DNA of 64,000 nt from an uncultured Pseudomonadota bacterium (GTDB lineage: Bacteria; Vulcanimicrobiota; Vulcanimicrobiia; Eremiobacterales; Eremiobacteraceae). Location: positions 1,376,001 through 1,440,000 of the forward strand of contig CAVTNB010000001.1 in assembly GCA_963736005.1 (NCBI GenBank), given 5' to 3'. The first letter of the stretch is position 1. Every line of letters starts with the position of its first letter. Positions 20,780 through 30,586 of the stretch are shown one piece after another. Made by a program: the position numbers and the translations under genes. The notes beneath the pieces are model-generated. The model was not told the DNA's origin. It saw nothing but the letters and a program-made list of their open reading frames with translations, and ran no database searches.

Positions 20780-21297
20780 GAGCGGGGCGTCGTGCCCGCG
20801 GCCTTTTCCCGCTCGCGCTTCGCCGCGCGGCTCCGATAGTGTTCTTCAGCGCGGGCATATCGGCGTTCTTCCTCCGCGGTTTGGGGAATGATTTTGGGCA
20901 CCGAGACGGGTTTGCAATTATCATCCAGCGCGACGAAGATCATCGTCGCAGAAGCCACATGCTTGCGCTCGCCAGTCTGCAGTTTCTCGGACTCGATCCG
21001 GACCCCGACTTCCATCGAGCTCCGATGCGCGTAGTGGAGCGAGGCCTTCAAAACGACCATGTCACCCACATGAACGGCGTTTCGAAAATCGAGCTGGTCG
21101 ATGCTTGCGGTCACACAAATTCTGCCTGAGTGCCGAATGGCGGCCGCTGCTGCTGCCTGGTCCGCCAGCTTCATGATCACACCGCCATGGATGTTGCCCA
21201 TCGGGTTCGTATCTGCCACCTCGACCAGGGTAGCGAGCTCCACGGCTGAGGCGGAAACCGTCTTGCCTGGTTGTTCCAGCGGCTGGCGTTCTTGCAT
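20776..21297 (-). CDS. Acyl-CoA thioesterase (hotdog fold, YciA-like)
   Basis: DTNPMGNIHGG, VTASID, RSSMEV, FVALD. Confidence 0.93.
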   Translation of the reverse strand: MQERQPLEQPGKTVSASAVELATLVEVADTNPMGNIHGGVIMKLADQAAAAAAIRHSGRICVTASIDQLDFRNAVHVGDMVVLKASLHYAHRSSMEVGVRIESEKLQTGERKHVASATMIFVALDDNCKPVSVPKIIPQTAEEERRYARAEEHYRSRAAKREREKAAGTTPRS

Positions 21298-21392
21298 GGT
21301 CGGGCCTTCGCGGGGACGAATGCGAAACCCGGTAGGTGCCGAAAAACCTAGATTCGACGCGACTTTTGCACATCACAGTCGCGTTTTTGACC

Positions 21393-21420
21393 GAAACTTT
21401 TCAAGGCCGTTTTGGGTATC
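21393..21420 (+). promoter_or_regulatory. ECF-type promoter (GAAAC-N17-GGTA), probably autoregulatory
   Basis: Resembles the SigW-type TGAAAC-N16-CGTA consensus and lies just upstream of the ECF sigma SD. Confidence 0.5.
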
Positions 21421-21442
21421 TTAACGTGACGGAGGTTGTGCG

Positions 21443-22078
21443 ATTATAGGGCAGGTAACGGACGAGGAACTCGTCGTGCTCGTCCTGAGAGGAGACCAGA
21501 ACGCTTTCGCACCGCTCGTCGAGCGGCACAAACGGGGCATACTGAACTTCGTCTACGCCCTCGTCCGCTCGCCGGAAGAAGCTGACGATATCAGCCAAGA
21601 GACATTCCTGCGAGCGTACGCGCACCTGAAAACGTTCAACCCAAAGCTTGCGAAATTCTCAACCTGGTTATACCAAATCGCGCGCAACACCGCGAGAACC
21701 CATTTGATGAAAGAGCGGCGTCGGCCGCCTACCGAAGATTTATATGAGGACGAAACGCTTGAACAAAAACTACCCGATCAGCGGCCCTCGGCGGCACCCG
21801 AGACGCGCCTGCTGCAAAGCGACGACGAGCGCACACTTCGCGCCGCCTTGCAACGCATCCCCGAAAAGATGAGAGCCGCACTCGTGTTGCGATATTTTCG
21901 TCATTTGGAGTATCAAGAAATTGCCGATGCGATGAGTGTGTCGCTGGGTAACGTCAAGACATTGATCCATCGCGGCAAGGCCGCGCTTGCGCGCGAGGTT
22001 GGATCGCATGGCACGCTTGCACCGGCAAGCGTGCAATCTGTTGCGGAGGTAAGCCACCGTGAAGTGCTCTGCGTGTAG
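21443..22078 (+). CDS. ECF sigma-70 factor (SigW-like); probable non-canonical ATT/ATA start, first GTG at 21476
   Basis: ADDISQETFLRAY, FSTWLYQIARN, LEYQEIA...GNVKTLIHRG; in-frame TDEELV upstream of the GTG; SD GGAGGT at 21431-21436. Confidence 0.9.
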   Translation: MIGQVTDEELVVLVLRGDQNAFAPLVERHKRGILNFVYALVRSPEEADDISQETFLRAYAHLKTFNPKLAKFSTWLYQIARNTARTHLMKERRRPPTEDLYEDETLEQKLPDQRPSAAPETRLLQSDDERTLRAALQRIPEKMRAALVLRYFRHLEYQEIADAMSVSLGNVKTLIHRGKAALAREVGSHGTLAPASVQSVAEVSHREVLCV

Positions 22079-22592
22079 GAACCAGCTAGGTGCATTCCAA
22101 GATGAAGCGCTCCCTGCGAGCGTTGCCATGCAAATTCGAACGCACTTAGACACGTGCCTTGGGTGTCGCACCTTCGCCGAAGAAATGATGGTGGTCGAAC
22201 ACCATTTGTCGCGCCTGCCCGAACTCGAACCCGGGGTTGACTTTACGCGTCTCGTCATGAGCGCAGTTGCGACGATGCCGGCCCCCGCACCGCGGCGCTC
22301 GCGCATCGTGTGGCTCGGCGTCTACGACCTGCTCGCCTGGGCGGCCATGATCGCTCTGGCAGCCACCGGCATCTTGCGCTGGAAAGTCCTTGCCGCTGAT
22401 GGCGGCGTTATGCTCGGCAAGTTGGCAGTTTCAGGCGACGCGCTTTATCGGGTTGCGGATCACTTCCATCTCACCACGATTGCACTCGTGGGAGGTCTGG
22501 TCGAAGGCTGCGCCCTCTTGTTTCTCTTGTATGCAGGGCGGCGATATCTGGCCTCGGTGCAAACGGCCTTCTTCGGAGCGCAAACAACATGA
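22059..22592 (+). CDS. Zinc-finger (zf-HC2/ZAS) anti-sigma factor with TM helices
   Basis: C..C...HLDTCLGC motif; overlaps the sigma gene; C-terminal hydrophobic segments. Confidence 0.85.
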   Translation: MKCSACRNQLGAFQDEALPASVAMQIRTHLDTCLGCRTFAEEMMVVEHHLSRLPELEPGVDFTRLVMSAVATMPAPAPRRSRIVWLGVYDLLAWAAMIALAATGILRWKVLAADGGVMLGKLAVSGDALYRVADHFHLTTIALVGGLVEGCALLFLLYAGRRYLASVQTAFFGAQTT

Positions 22593-23548
22593 AATCGAAC
22601 CGTACATTCATGCGAGGGTGGCCTGGCCTGCTTGCAGCGCTGGTCTTCCTCGCTCTGTGCATCCTTGTCCGAGTTCCAGCATTCGCATCTGACAATTCGG
22701 AAAATGACATGGTGGTCTTCGGTGGACAGTACCAGGTGATCAAAGAGGGCCAAGAAGTCCGTGGAGACCTGGTCGTGATCGGCGGGAGCGTCGATGTCTA
22801 CGGCAAGGTTGATGGAGACGCAGTCGCCATTGGCGGCACAATTCACATCGAACCGCAAGGGCGCGTCGATGGGAGCATCGTCAATGTCGGCGGCGCCATC
22901 CACGACGAGTCAAACAGTTCGCCCGGACATGGCGCGATGGTTCCACCGGCACAAATACCGACACCGCAACCCATGGAGCAACCGCAAGCTCCTGAATCAG
23001 GCTTTGATTGGGGATGGACGTGGTTCTATCTCGTTGACGCCTTGCTCACCATTGTCGCGTTCCTGCTCTTCCCGGTGTTGACCCGAAACGCCCGGGCCAG
23101 CCTCATCGACAATCCCGTCATCGCGGGCGTCTTAGGCTTTTTCTCACCCATCATCTTCGTGCTCGTGATCATCGCGCTTGCCATCACGATCATCGGCATC
23201 CCCTTGATACCGCTGGCGGTCATCGTGACCATCGTTGGCTACTTGGTAGGGAAAGCTGCGATCGCGGAATTCCTGGGCGAACGGATCTTCAGCACCACAA
23301 AAAGAAACGCCACCCCGCTCTTGTCCGTCCTCGTTGGTGCCGCACTAATGTTCTTGCTGTGCGCGCTTACCGACTGGATCGGCGTCGTTTTGTACTTCTG
23401 CCTCGCTGCACTTGCCATCGGCGCCACGCTACCGCTGGTGCGCACGATTGCGCCGCGCCGCATGCAACCAACCATAACGCCACCGGGTCCGCCAACGTTC
23501 TCGCCGCCTGTCGATCCGGCGCATATGAGTCCGCCCGCGCCCCAATAG
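22589..23548 (+). CDS. Membrane protein with bactofilin-like beta-helix N-domain, co-transcribed with the ECF pair
   Basis: Signal peptide; repeats GDLVVIGGSV/GDAVAIGGTI/GSIVNVGGAI; multi-TM C-half with IIGIPL; ATGA overlap. Confidence 0.7.
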   Translation: MKSNRTFMRGWPGLLAALVFLALCILVRVPAFASDNSENDMVVFGGQYQVIKEGQEVRGDLVVIGGSVDVYGKVDGDAVAIGGTIHIEPQGRVDGSIVNVGGAIHDESNSSPGHGAMVPPAQIPTPQPMEQPQAPESGFDWGWTWFYLVDALLTIVAFLLFPVLTRNARASLIDNPVIAGVLGFFSPIIFVLVIIALAITIIGIPLIPLAVIVTIVGYLVGKAAIAEFLGERIFSTTKRNATPLLSVLVGAALMFLLCALTDWIGVVLYFCLAALAIGATLPLVRTIAPRRMQPTITPPGPPTFSPPVDPAHMSPPAPQ

Positions 23549-23552
23549 AAAC

Positions 23553-23610
23553 GTGGGCGACTTGACAGTCGCCCACTACACGACGCGCGAATAAATTCGC
23601 GCGACTACAT
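23553..23610 (-). repeat. Two REP-like hairpins between convergent genes
   Basis: GTGGGCGACTTGACAGTCGCCCACTACA and CGCGCGAATAAATTCGCGCGACTACAT on the plus strand. Confidence 0.85.
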
Positions 23611-25656
23611 TTACGGGCGGATGCCGAGATCCTCGTAAAACGCGTCGGGGTTCACTGGTCGACCCAAGAAGTTTTGCACGAGCACGTCAGGTTCCACGGT
23701 CGCACCAGGCTCGAGAATATCCTTACGGTAGGCCATCCCCACTTCGGGATTTTCGAGGCCTTCTTTCTGGAAACGTGTGAAGATGTCTTGAGCATAGACT
23801 TTCGACCATAGATAGCCGTAGTAGCCCGCATCGTAGCCGCCCATGAGATGCCCAAACCCGGCTTCGGGATGCGTGCCGGGGGTGGATGGGAACGGCGTCA
23901 TCTTTTTCTTGAGATCGAACCAGGTCGTGTCCACGTTAACGTTCGGACCTGAGCTATGAATCGTCATGTCGTACTGCGCGTAAAAAGCTTGCGTTGACCA
24001 CGTATACCCGTCACCTACGTGCTTGAGAGCGACCATCTTTGCGATCAAATCGTCAGGCAGCGGCTGACCGGTCTTGTAATTGCTTGAGACCTGCTTGAGC
24101 ACGGACGGTTGCCACATAAAGTTTTCGAGCATTTGCGATGGGGCTTCGACAAAATCAGGCCGCACCGCCGTGCCGTACAACGTCTCGTAGGGCGCCGTTG
24201 AGAGCGTGCTGTGCATGAGGTGTCCAAATTCGTGGAAGAACGTGATCACGTCTTCGTGACTCAGCAGCGCGGGCTGACCGGGAGCAGCTACCGGCCAGTT
24301 GCCAATGATAGATGATATCGGCTTCTGATAGGATCCATCGGGCAGCACTCGGCCTGGGCGAATCGGAAAGTTGGCGAAATGCTCGAACTTGCCCGGGCGA
24401 GGGAACAAGTCCAAAAAGAACCACCCGATCGGCTTGCCGCTCGCTGTGTCCGTGATGGAGAACTCGCGAACACCCGGAGCCCACGCGTCCGCTGGCACGA
24501 TCTCCGCAAACGTGACACCGAGGAGATTTTGGTAGATGTCGAGCACGCTCGAGACGACGTGGTCGATGGGGAAATACTGGCGCACCATCTGTTGGTCAAC
24601 TTTGTACTGCGATTCGATGAGTTGGTTCTCGTAGTAAAAATAATCCCAACTTGCAAATGGTTTTGGGTCGCCCTGCTTGCGCTTCAGCGCCCCAAGCGTC
24701 GCGATTTCTTGATCGGCTTTGGGGAGGAGCTTGCTGCTCACGGTCGTGAGCAAGCTCTCGACCCGACTGGGTGTCTTTGCCATCTTAGCGTCCAGTTGGT
24801 ATGCCGCCCACGACGAGAAGCCTAACAGATGGGCGAGCTGATCGCGCACGGCGACAGCTTCTTGCAAACGCTTGACGTTGGCGAGGCCGCCCCGATTGGA
24901 GTAGGCGACCGAATAGCGCTTGCGCGCATCGCCGCTGACCTCCGAGATCATGAACGTATCGTAGGTGCTCTCGTTGACCGGCACCACATAACCGGTCGCC
25001 GTCTTGGACAGCGTCGCAAGAAATGACTGGGGCAAGCTCTTTGCCTCTGCCTTGGTTATGGGAATGCTCGTCTTGTCTTCGTTAAGTGCGGACTGAAAAT
25101 CGCGCTCCAGGTCGTTGAGGTGATCGAAGAGCTGCGTTACTTGTTTGCGGCCTGCGTCGGAAAGGCCGGCGCCCGATCGCTTGCCGCCGTCGACGTAATA
25201 TTCGTCGAGCTTTTGGTCGGCTTGCGTTTTTGCATCTCCCAAGGTCGCCACGCGGGCCGCGACTGCATAGATTCGAGGATCCGCAGACAACTGGACTTGA
25301 TAATTGGAGACGCTTTGGTTGCACACGAGTGACGCGTCGCGGACGGCTTTGTCGGGCGCCAATTGAAACGCACCGGCTTGGACGACGGTAGCATCGTTGA
25401 AGTCCGCCTCCGCGGTCTCGATGGCTTGCAGGGTTGCAAAGGTCGCGTTTTGCGGCGGCGCTGCCAAGATTTTTTCGATGACTTGCTTGGCTGAAGCAAT
25501 GGCGCTGTCGCACGTCTGCGAGAGCTGGACGGGCGTGAGGTTAAAATTGAGACCCGTATCCGCGGGCAGCGTCGGCATCGCGGCTTGAGCGGCCGCGGAA
25601 GCAACTGATAACGTCGCGAGGGCCGTGAGAAAAAACGTGAGTAGCGTGGACTTCAT
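23611..25656 (-). CDS. Secreted M3A oligopeptidase (thimet oligopeptidase-like)
   Basis: Signal peptide; LDLFPRPGK, FHEFGHLMH, DFVEAPSQMLENF, GYDAGYYGYLWS. Confidence 0.93.
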   Translation of the reverse strand: MKSTLLTFFLTALATLSVASAAAQAAMPTLPADTGLNFNLTPVQLSQTCDSAIASAKQVIEKILAAPPQNATFATLQAIETAEADFNDATVVQAGAFQLAPDKAVRDASLVCNQSVSNYQVQLSADPRIYAVAARVATLGDAKTQADQKLDEYYVDGGKRSGAGLSDAGRKQVTQLFDHLNDLERDFQSALNEDKTSIPITKAEAKSLPQSFLATLSKTATGYVVPVNESTYDTFMISEVSGDARKRYSVAYSNRGGLANVKRLQEAVAVRDQLAHLLGFSSWAAYQLDAKMAKTPSRVESLLTTVSSKLLPKADQEIATLGALKRKQGDPKPFASWDYFYYENQLIESQYKVDQQMVRQYFPIDHVVSSVLDIYQNLLGVTFAEIVPADAWAPGVREFSITDTASGKPIGWFFLDLFPRPGKFEHFANFPIRPGRVLPDGSYQKPISSIIGNWPVAAPGQPALLSHEDVITFFHEFGHLMHSTLSTAPYETLYGTAVRPDFVEAPSQMLENFMWQPSVLKQVSSNYKTGQPLPDDLIAKMVALKHVGDGYTWSTQAFYAQYDMTIHSSGPNVNVDTTWFDLKKKMTPFPSTPGTHPEAGFGHLMGGYDAGYYGYLWSKVYAQDIFTRFQKEGLENPEVGMAYRKDILEPGATVEPDVLVQNFLGRPVNPDAFYEDLGIRP

Positions 25657-26402
25657 GCGTCTCTCTTTCCTATGTAAAGATGCTTGGGATCCAAAACGTC
25701 ACGCAGGAGCTTGAGCTCGCGCTCCGTCGGGGGTGGCAGAACCTCCAGATTTGGCGCGCAACGCAGCGGCCATCCTGCTTTGCTGCAGGCTTCCTTTGGA
25801 TCCACACCCGGATAAATGCCAACCAATTCTAGCTCTCCGTCGCGCGGCGCCGGTTCGAGTATCCCCATGTCGGTGACGACACGGACTGGCCCCGCGCCGG
25901 GAAGCCCGAGCTCCTTGCGGCTGCCATATTTTCCGTTTTGGCCGGGCGAGGTGATGAAATCGCAAGCCGCCGGAAAGGTTCGAGGCGACAGCGGCGCGAC
26001 CACGATCACCCGTTGGGCGTGAATAGCGATTTCGCACGCTCCGCCGCTGCCGGGGAGCCGAACCTTTGGGTGATCGTAGGGACCGATGACGGTTGAGTTG
26101 ATATTTCCATATCGATCGATTTGCGCGCCGCCCAGAAAGCCCACCCCGATGCGCCCGCCCTGAAGATAAAACTGAAAAATGTCTGCCATCGTTGCAACGG
26201 CAAGCGATCCGGTCACGAGCGCTGGATCGCCGATTGAAACCGGAAGGCGTTCGGGCACCGCGCCGACCGCCCCAGACTCATAAATGAGAACCAGATGCGG
26301 CGCATGCGTCGCGCGGGCCAAGTTGCAGGCGAGATTGGGTAAGCCGATCCCGACAAAAACGACTTCGCCGTCGCGCAATTCGCGAGCGGCGCGAACGGCC
26401 AT
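25653..26402 (-). CDS. CoA-transferase beta subunit (GctB/CatJ type)
   Basis: FVGIGLP, YESG, LGGAQIDRYGNINST, RLPGSGG. Confidence 0.9.
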   Translation of the reverse strand: MAVRAARELRDGEVVFVGIGLPNLACNLARATHAPHLVLIYESGAVGAVPERLPVSIGDPALVTGSLAVATMADIFQFYLQGGRIGVGFLGGAQIDRYGNINSTVIGPYDHPKVRLPGSGGACEIAIHAQRVIVVAPLSPRTFPAACDFITSPGQNGKYGSRKELGLPGAGPVRVVTDMGILEPAPRDGELELVGIYPGVDPKEACSKAGWPLRCAPNLEVLPPPTERELKLLRDVLDPKHLYIGKRDA

Positions 26403-26430
26403 GAGTTCGCTTGGGCTATACGTTTGGGCG

Positions 26431-27348
26431 CTAGAAACCGTAGTTCACTCCCTCAGAAATGAGCGGCTTGGCTGCAAGACTCGCTTGTCGTTGCGCCCCG
26501 AGACGCCGCAGGTAACCCGCGCGATCTTCCACGCCGTACACGAAATCGTCCAACCAGCGCGCCAGCACCGCTTCATCCCGCGAGATATCTTCCCATTCGA
26601 CATAAAACTGGTTGTCGCGGTCGTAGTAGCCTTGCGCATAGGAAGGATGCGCACCCCACGGCTCGCAGACGACCGCGTCCACAACGATATTTGGGATCAC
26701 GGTGCGATTCGGATCCCCTCGGATGACTCGTTCATCGACGAGCTCCTCGACGACGGCAATCACCCGGTTGGCTGCGAATGCAGCTTCCTTTTGCACGCCG
26801 TAGAGACCCCAGATTTGCACGTTGCCGCTTTCGTCCGCTCGCTGCGCGTGGACGATGGTGACGTCCGGATTGAGCGCCGGCACGGTTGCCAGAGCGACGC
26901 CGGTGTAGGGGCAAGTGACCGAGCGAATGAGTGGGTTGACTGCCGGCAAGTCGCTGCCGGTGTAGTCGCGCAGCGGCCAAAATGGCAATTTCGCAGCTCC
27001 CGCGCACAGCCGCGCAACCAAACCAAAGTGCGAGTACTCTTCCAACTCCAGCGGCTGAGGCTGGCTTTTCTCGACCGCGCGGCGCAGGGCATGGAGCGAC
27101 CCGACACCAGGATTACCCGCCCATGAAAAGACGAGCTTGCGGGCGCAACCTGCTGCGATGAGCTGATCGTAGATGAGATCCGGCGTGAGACGGCAGATGG
27201 TCAGGTCGCGCCGTTTCTGGCGGATAATTTCATGCGCCGCGGCGAAACAAATAAGGTGGGTAAAGCCTTCGATGACGAGCGAGTCACCATCGTGCACGAA
27301 GCGTGACACCGCTTCGCGCATCGACATGACCTTGCTCGCGTTGGTCAT
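26431..27348 (-). CDS. CoA-transferase alpha subunit (GctA/CatI type)
   Basis: EGFTHLI...HEIIRQ, FSWAGNPGVGSL, HAQRAD, GAHPSYAQGYYDRD. Confidence 0.9.
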   Translation of the reverse strand: MTNASKVMSMREAVSRFVHDGDSLVIEGFTHLICFAAAHEIIRQKRRDLTICRLTPDLIYDQLIAAGCARKLVFSWAGNPGVGSLHALRRAVEKSQPQPLELEEYSHFGLVARLCAGAAKLPFWPLRDYTGSDLPAVNPLIRSVTCPYTGVALATVPALNPDVTIVHAQRADESGNVQIWGLYGVQKEAAFAANRVIAVVEELVDERVIRGDPNRTVIPNIVVDAVVCEPWGAHPSYAQGYYDRDNQFYVEWEDISRDEAVLARWLDDFVYGVEDRAGYLRRLGAQRQASLAAKPLISEGVNYGF

Positions 27349-27352
27349 CCGC

Positions 27353-27417
27353 TGGGGCGATTTTCCAATCGCCCCCTACAGGTCGATTGGGGCGATTTTC
27401 CAATCGCCCCCTACAGG
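27353..27417 (-). repeat. Two tandem REP units of a second family (35-bp period)
   Basis: TGGGGCGATTTTCCAATCGCCCCCTACAGG twice; a third copy at 30552-30578. Confidence 0.88.
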
Positions 27418-27423
27418 CGAGGG

Positions 27424-28767
27424 TCATGCGGGAACGCGCGCCTGCGAGATCACTTCGTCGAGAATGCGCAATCCAATGGCCACGTCTTCCTCGTCGATGA
27501 CGAGCGGCGGCGCAAGCCGTAACGTGCTTCGACCGCAACCCAGGAGCAACAAACCTTTGGCCAATGCGGCCCGCTCGAGCTGGGGAACAAAACCGTGGTA
27601 GGGTTCCTTGGTCGCGCGGTCGCGGACGAACTTCACACCGATCATCAGACCCGCGCCACGAACGTCACCGATCACGTCATGCTTGCGCTGCAACTCGCGC
27701 GCACCCTGGAGCAAGAGCTTGCCAACGCGTTGTGCGTTCATCACGAGCGAGCCCTCAACCAGATCAAGGGTTGCGAGCGCGGCGGCACAACAGACCGGGT
27801 TGCCGCCAAACGTGCTGCCGTGCGTACCGTGACCCCAGGTCATGACTGACTCTTTGGCGACGATGGCGCCCAGCGGCATGCCAGAGGCGAGGCCTTTTGC
27901 GAGCAGCGTCACGTCTGGGACGACGTCGAAAAGCTCCGAGGCAAACATCCGACCGGTGCGGCCGATCCCCGATTGCACTTCATCGAAGACGAGCACTGCG
28001 CCGTGCTCGTCGCAGAAATCCCGCCAGTACTGGAGAAACTCTCGCGGCGGAACGACGTAGCCGCCCTCGCCAAGAATCGGTTCCATGAACACTGCAGCAA
28101 CTTCATCGGGCGCGACTCGTTCGTGGAAGAGTGCCTCGGCGGCGGTCAGCGCGCACGTGAGTGGATCGGTACAGGTTGCAGGCTTGGCACAAACTCGGCA
28201 CTGATATGGGTCCACAAAGGGAAGATGATACACGCCAGGGAGCAGCGGGCCGAAGTTGCGACGATAACGCACTCTGCTCGCGTCGAGCGAAATCGCTCCC
28301 ATCGTTCTTCCGTGGAACGCTCCGCGAAAGGCGATGATGTTCTGGCGCTTCGTATGGCTGCGAACGAGCTTGATCGCGCCTTCCACCGCTTCGGTACCGG
28401 AATTTGTGAGAAAAACTCGTTTGGGCTCGGGCCCCGGCACCATTTTCGCAAGGCGTTCGCACACCTTGGCAAACGATTCGTAATAGAAGTCGGTCGAGCA
28501 GATGTGTAAGAACTTGGCCGCCGCTTCGTTGATGGCTGCGACCACTTTTGGGTGGCTGTGGCCCGTTGAAGCAACTGCGATACCGGCCATGAAGTCCAGG
28601 TAGCGATTGCCGTCGACGTCCTCGATCATGGGGCCCTGACCGCGCTCGACGACCAGTGGGTACTCTTTAATGTAGGAAGGCGACGCGTAGCGCTCGTCTT
28701 GCTCGATAATGCGTCGGGCTTTTGGGCCCGGTGGTGCGGTAACGATGTGCGGATAGTTCTTTGCCAT
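27424..28767 (-). CDS. Class III PLP aminotransferase (4-aminobutyrate/acetylornithine type)
   Basis: NSGTEAVE, FHGRT, EPILGEGG, DEVQSGIGRTG, AKGLASG. Confidence 0.92.
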   Translation of the reverse strand: MAKNYPHIVTAPPGPKARRIIEQDERYASPSYIKEYPLVVERGQGPMIEDVDGNRYLDFMAGIAVASTGHSHPKVVAAINEAAAKFLHICSTDFYYESFAKVCERLAKMVPGPEPKRVFLTNSGTEAVEGAIKLVRSHTKRQNIIAFRGAFHGRTMGAISLDASRVRYRRNFGPLLPGVYHLPFVDPYQCRVCAKPATCTDPLTCALTAAEALFHERVAPDEVAAVFMEPILGEGGYVVPPREFLQYWRDFCDEHGAVLVFDEVQSGIGRTGRMFASELFDVVPDVTLLAKGLASGMPLGAIVAKESVMTWGHGTHGSTFGGNPVCCAAALATLDLVEGSLVMNAQRVGKLLLQGARELQRKHDVIGDVRGAGLMIGVKFVRDRATKEPYHGFVPQLERAALAKGLLLLGCGRSTLRLAPPLVIDEEDVAIGLRILDEVISQARVPA

Positions 28768-28793
28768 ATGACCCCTATGTCGTCTGCGCGGTA

Positions 28794-28928
28794 ATGTAGC
28801 CTCGCGAATTTATTCGCGAGAACACGCACGTGGCGGTATTTGTTCTTTCTCGCTGCCGAATGGGCTCGCCTTGCGAGCGAACCGAAAGGTTTGCGGTTAC
28901 AGCGTCAACGAAAGTCGACCGCTCCACA
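28794..28928. repeat. Cluster of three REP-like hairpins
   Basis: ATGTAGCCTCGCGAATTTATTCGCGAG (28794-28820, plus); TGTAACCGCAAACCTTTCGGTTCGC and TGTGGAGCGGTCGACTTTCGTTGACGC (minus, 28877-28928). Confidence 0.65.
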
Positions 28929-28945
28929 TATTTATTAGGCGCTTC

Positions 28946-30532
28946 CTACATCATGCGCGTGCGAGATTGCTCGCGCATGAACTGCGCGACGTAGTACGGT
29001 CCGCAGCCGCCCTTTCCGGTGATGCCGGAACCCTTCCATCCGCAGAACGAATTCACGCCGGGCCACGCGCCGGTTGTCGCTCCCGTCCGGCGGTTGACGT
29101 AGAGCACGCCAGCTTCCATTTCATTGAAGAACGTCTCGATCTCATGCTCGTCGCTTGAGAATAAGCCGCCAGTGAGACCAAGCTCGGATCGATTTGATTC
29201 GGCCAGCGATTCGTCAAAAGACTTGGTAACGCCAACCGCCAGAAGCGGCAAGAACAACTCGCGTGCGAAGAGTTCGTGATCGAGCGGTAATTGCGCGATG
29301 GCCGGCGAGACGTAATAGCCGCGATCGAGCGGCGACGCGGTGAGCCGTTCGCCGCCGACCAGGAGCTTGCCGGTCGCCCGAACGGCCGCCACGGCTTCTT
29401 CGTATTTCTTCACCGAATGCTCGCTGATGACGGGGCCAAGGTAGACTTCCCGCTTCGTTGGGTCGCCAATAACAAGAGCCTTAGTCTTTGTGATGAGCAA
29501 CTCGAGGAATTTGGCAGCGACGCGCTCGTCGACGTAGGCGCGGGAGCACGCACTGCATTTTTGACCTTGCAATCCGAAAGCCGAGCGCATGACGCCGTCC
29601 GAAGCCATCTCCAAGTCCGCGTTCGCGCTGACGATCGCCGCGTTTTTGCCTCCGAGTTCGCCCAGACAAGGTTTTGGGTATCGACCGCCCGCGGCGAATT
29701 CGCGCATCAAACGCATGCCGACGTCTTTCGAACCGGTAAAGGCGACCCCGTCCACGCCGGGATGTTGAATGAGTGGTTCGCCGACGCGCTCGCCCGAACC
29801 GAAAAGCAGATTGAAAACGCCTGCCGGTAGGCCGGCCTCGGCATAGACTCGCGCAAGCTTTGCGCCCGTGAGGGGCGCTTGCACCGATGGCTTGTAGACG
29901 ACAGCGTTCCCACCCAGGAGCGCCGCGCTTGACATCCCCGTGGAGAGGGCGAGGGGGAAATTGAACGGCGCGATAACGACAAAAACTCCGTACGGCCGCA
30001 ACACGTCTTGCGTGCGCTCGTTCGGTGAAAGCTGTCCGAGCGGGCGGATGTACCCGTTGGCGGCTTCAACTTGATCAGCGTAGTAGTCAATCAGATCGGC
30101 GGATTCTTCTGCGTCGCCCAGCGACTCCATCCGATTCTTGCCCACTTCGATGCTCATGACGGCGGCGAGTTCGTAACGCCACTTGCGAATAGTCTCCGCA
30201 GCGCGCCGCATGATCTCCAAGCGCTTTTGCCACGGCATCGCTCCCCAAGCATTTTGTGCCCGTTTGGCCGCGCTCACCGCCGTTTCGATCTGCGCGATGC
30301 TCGCCGTCGAGAACTCCCCAACGACGACGTCGCGATCGATCGGCGTGCGCGTCTCCAATACGGACCCTTTGCCCTCCACGAGGTCTCCCGCGATGAAGAG
30401 GTGTTGGCGCTGGCCGAGGCGGCCGCGGACATCCGCGAGCGCGGCGTCGAACGAAGCATGGATCTCGTCCATGTTGCCGCCGACCGCAGAATAGGTGATC
30501 TTCGGCTGTTTTGCTGGCGCTTGGGTGCTCAT
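28946..30532 (-). CDS. Aldehyde dehydrogenase (P5C-dehydrogenase-like clade)
   Basis: PFNFP, FTGS, ELGGKN, GQKCSACSR, ELFLP. Confidence 0.92.
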   Translation of the reverse strand: MSTQAPAKQPKITYSAVGGNMDEIHASFDAALADVRGRLGQRQHLFIAGDLVEGKGSVLETRTPIDRDVVVGEFSTASIAQIETAVSAAKRAQNAWGAMPWQKRLEIMRRAAETIRKWRYELAAVMSIEVGKNRMESLGDAEESADLIDYYADQVEAANGYIRPLGQLSPNERTQDVLRPYGVFVVIAPFNFPLALSTGMSSAALLGGNAVVYKPSVQAPLTGAKLARVYAEAGLPAGVFNLLFGSGERVGEPLIQHPGVDGVAFTGSKDVGMRLMREFAAGGRYPKPCLGELGGKNAAIVSANADLEMASDGVMRSAFGLQGQKCSACSRAYVDERVAAKFLELLITKTKALVIGDPTKREVYLGPVISEHSVKKYEEAVAAVRATGKLLVGGERLTASPLDRGYYVSPAIAQLPLDHELFARELFLPLLAVGVTKSFDESLAESNRSELGLTGGLFSSDEHEIETFFNEMEAGVLYVNRRTGATTGAWPGVNSFCGWKGSGITGKGGCGPYYVAQFMREQSRTRMM

Positions 30533-30551
30533 GAGGTTCCCTTCTGTCTTA

Positions 30552-30578
30552 GGGCGATTTGCCAATCGCCCCCTACAT
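30552..30578 (-). repeat. REP unit (second family)
   Basis: ATGTAGGGGGCGATTGGCAAATCGCCC on the minus strand. Confidence 0.8.
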
Positions 30579-30586
30579 GTGTTGAA

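Noticed and set aside
26403..26447. Non-canonical start for the CoA-transferase beta subunit (conserved-looking YSPSELM lies upstream of ATG 26402)
   Set aside because: Cannot be distinguished from a small indel at the alpha/beta junction in this error-prone assembly.
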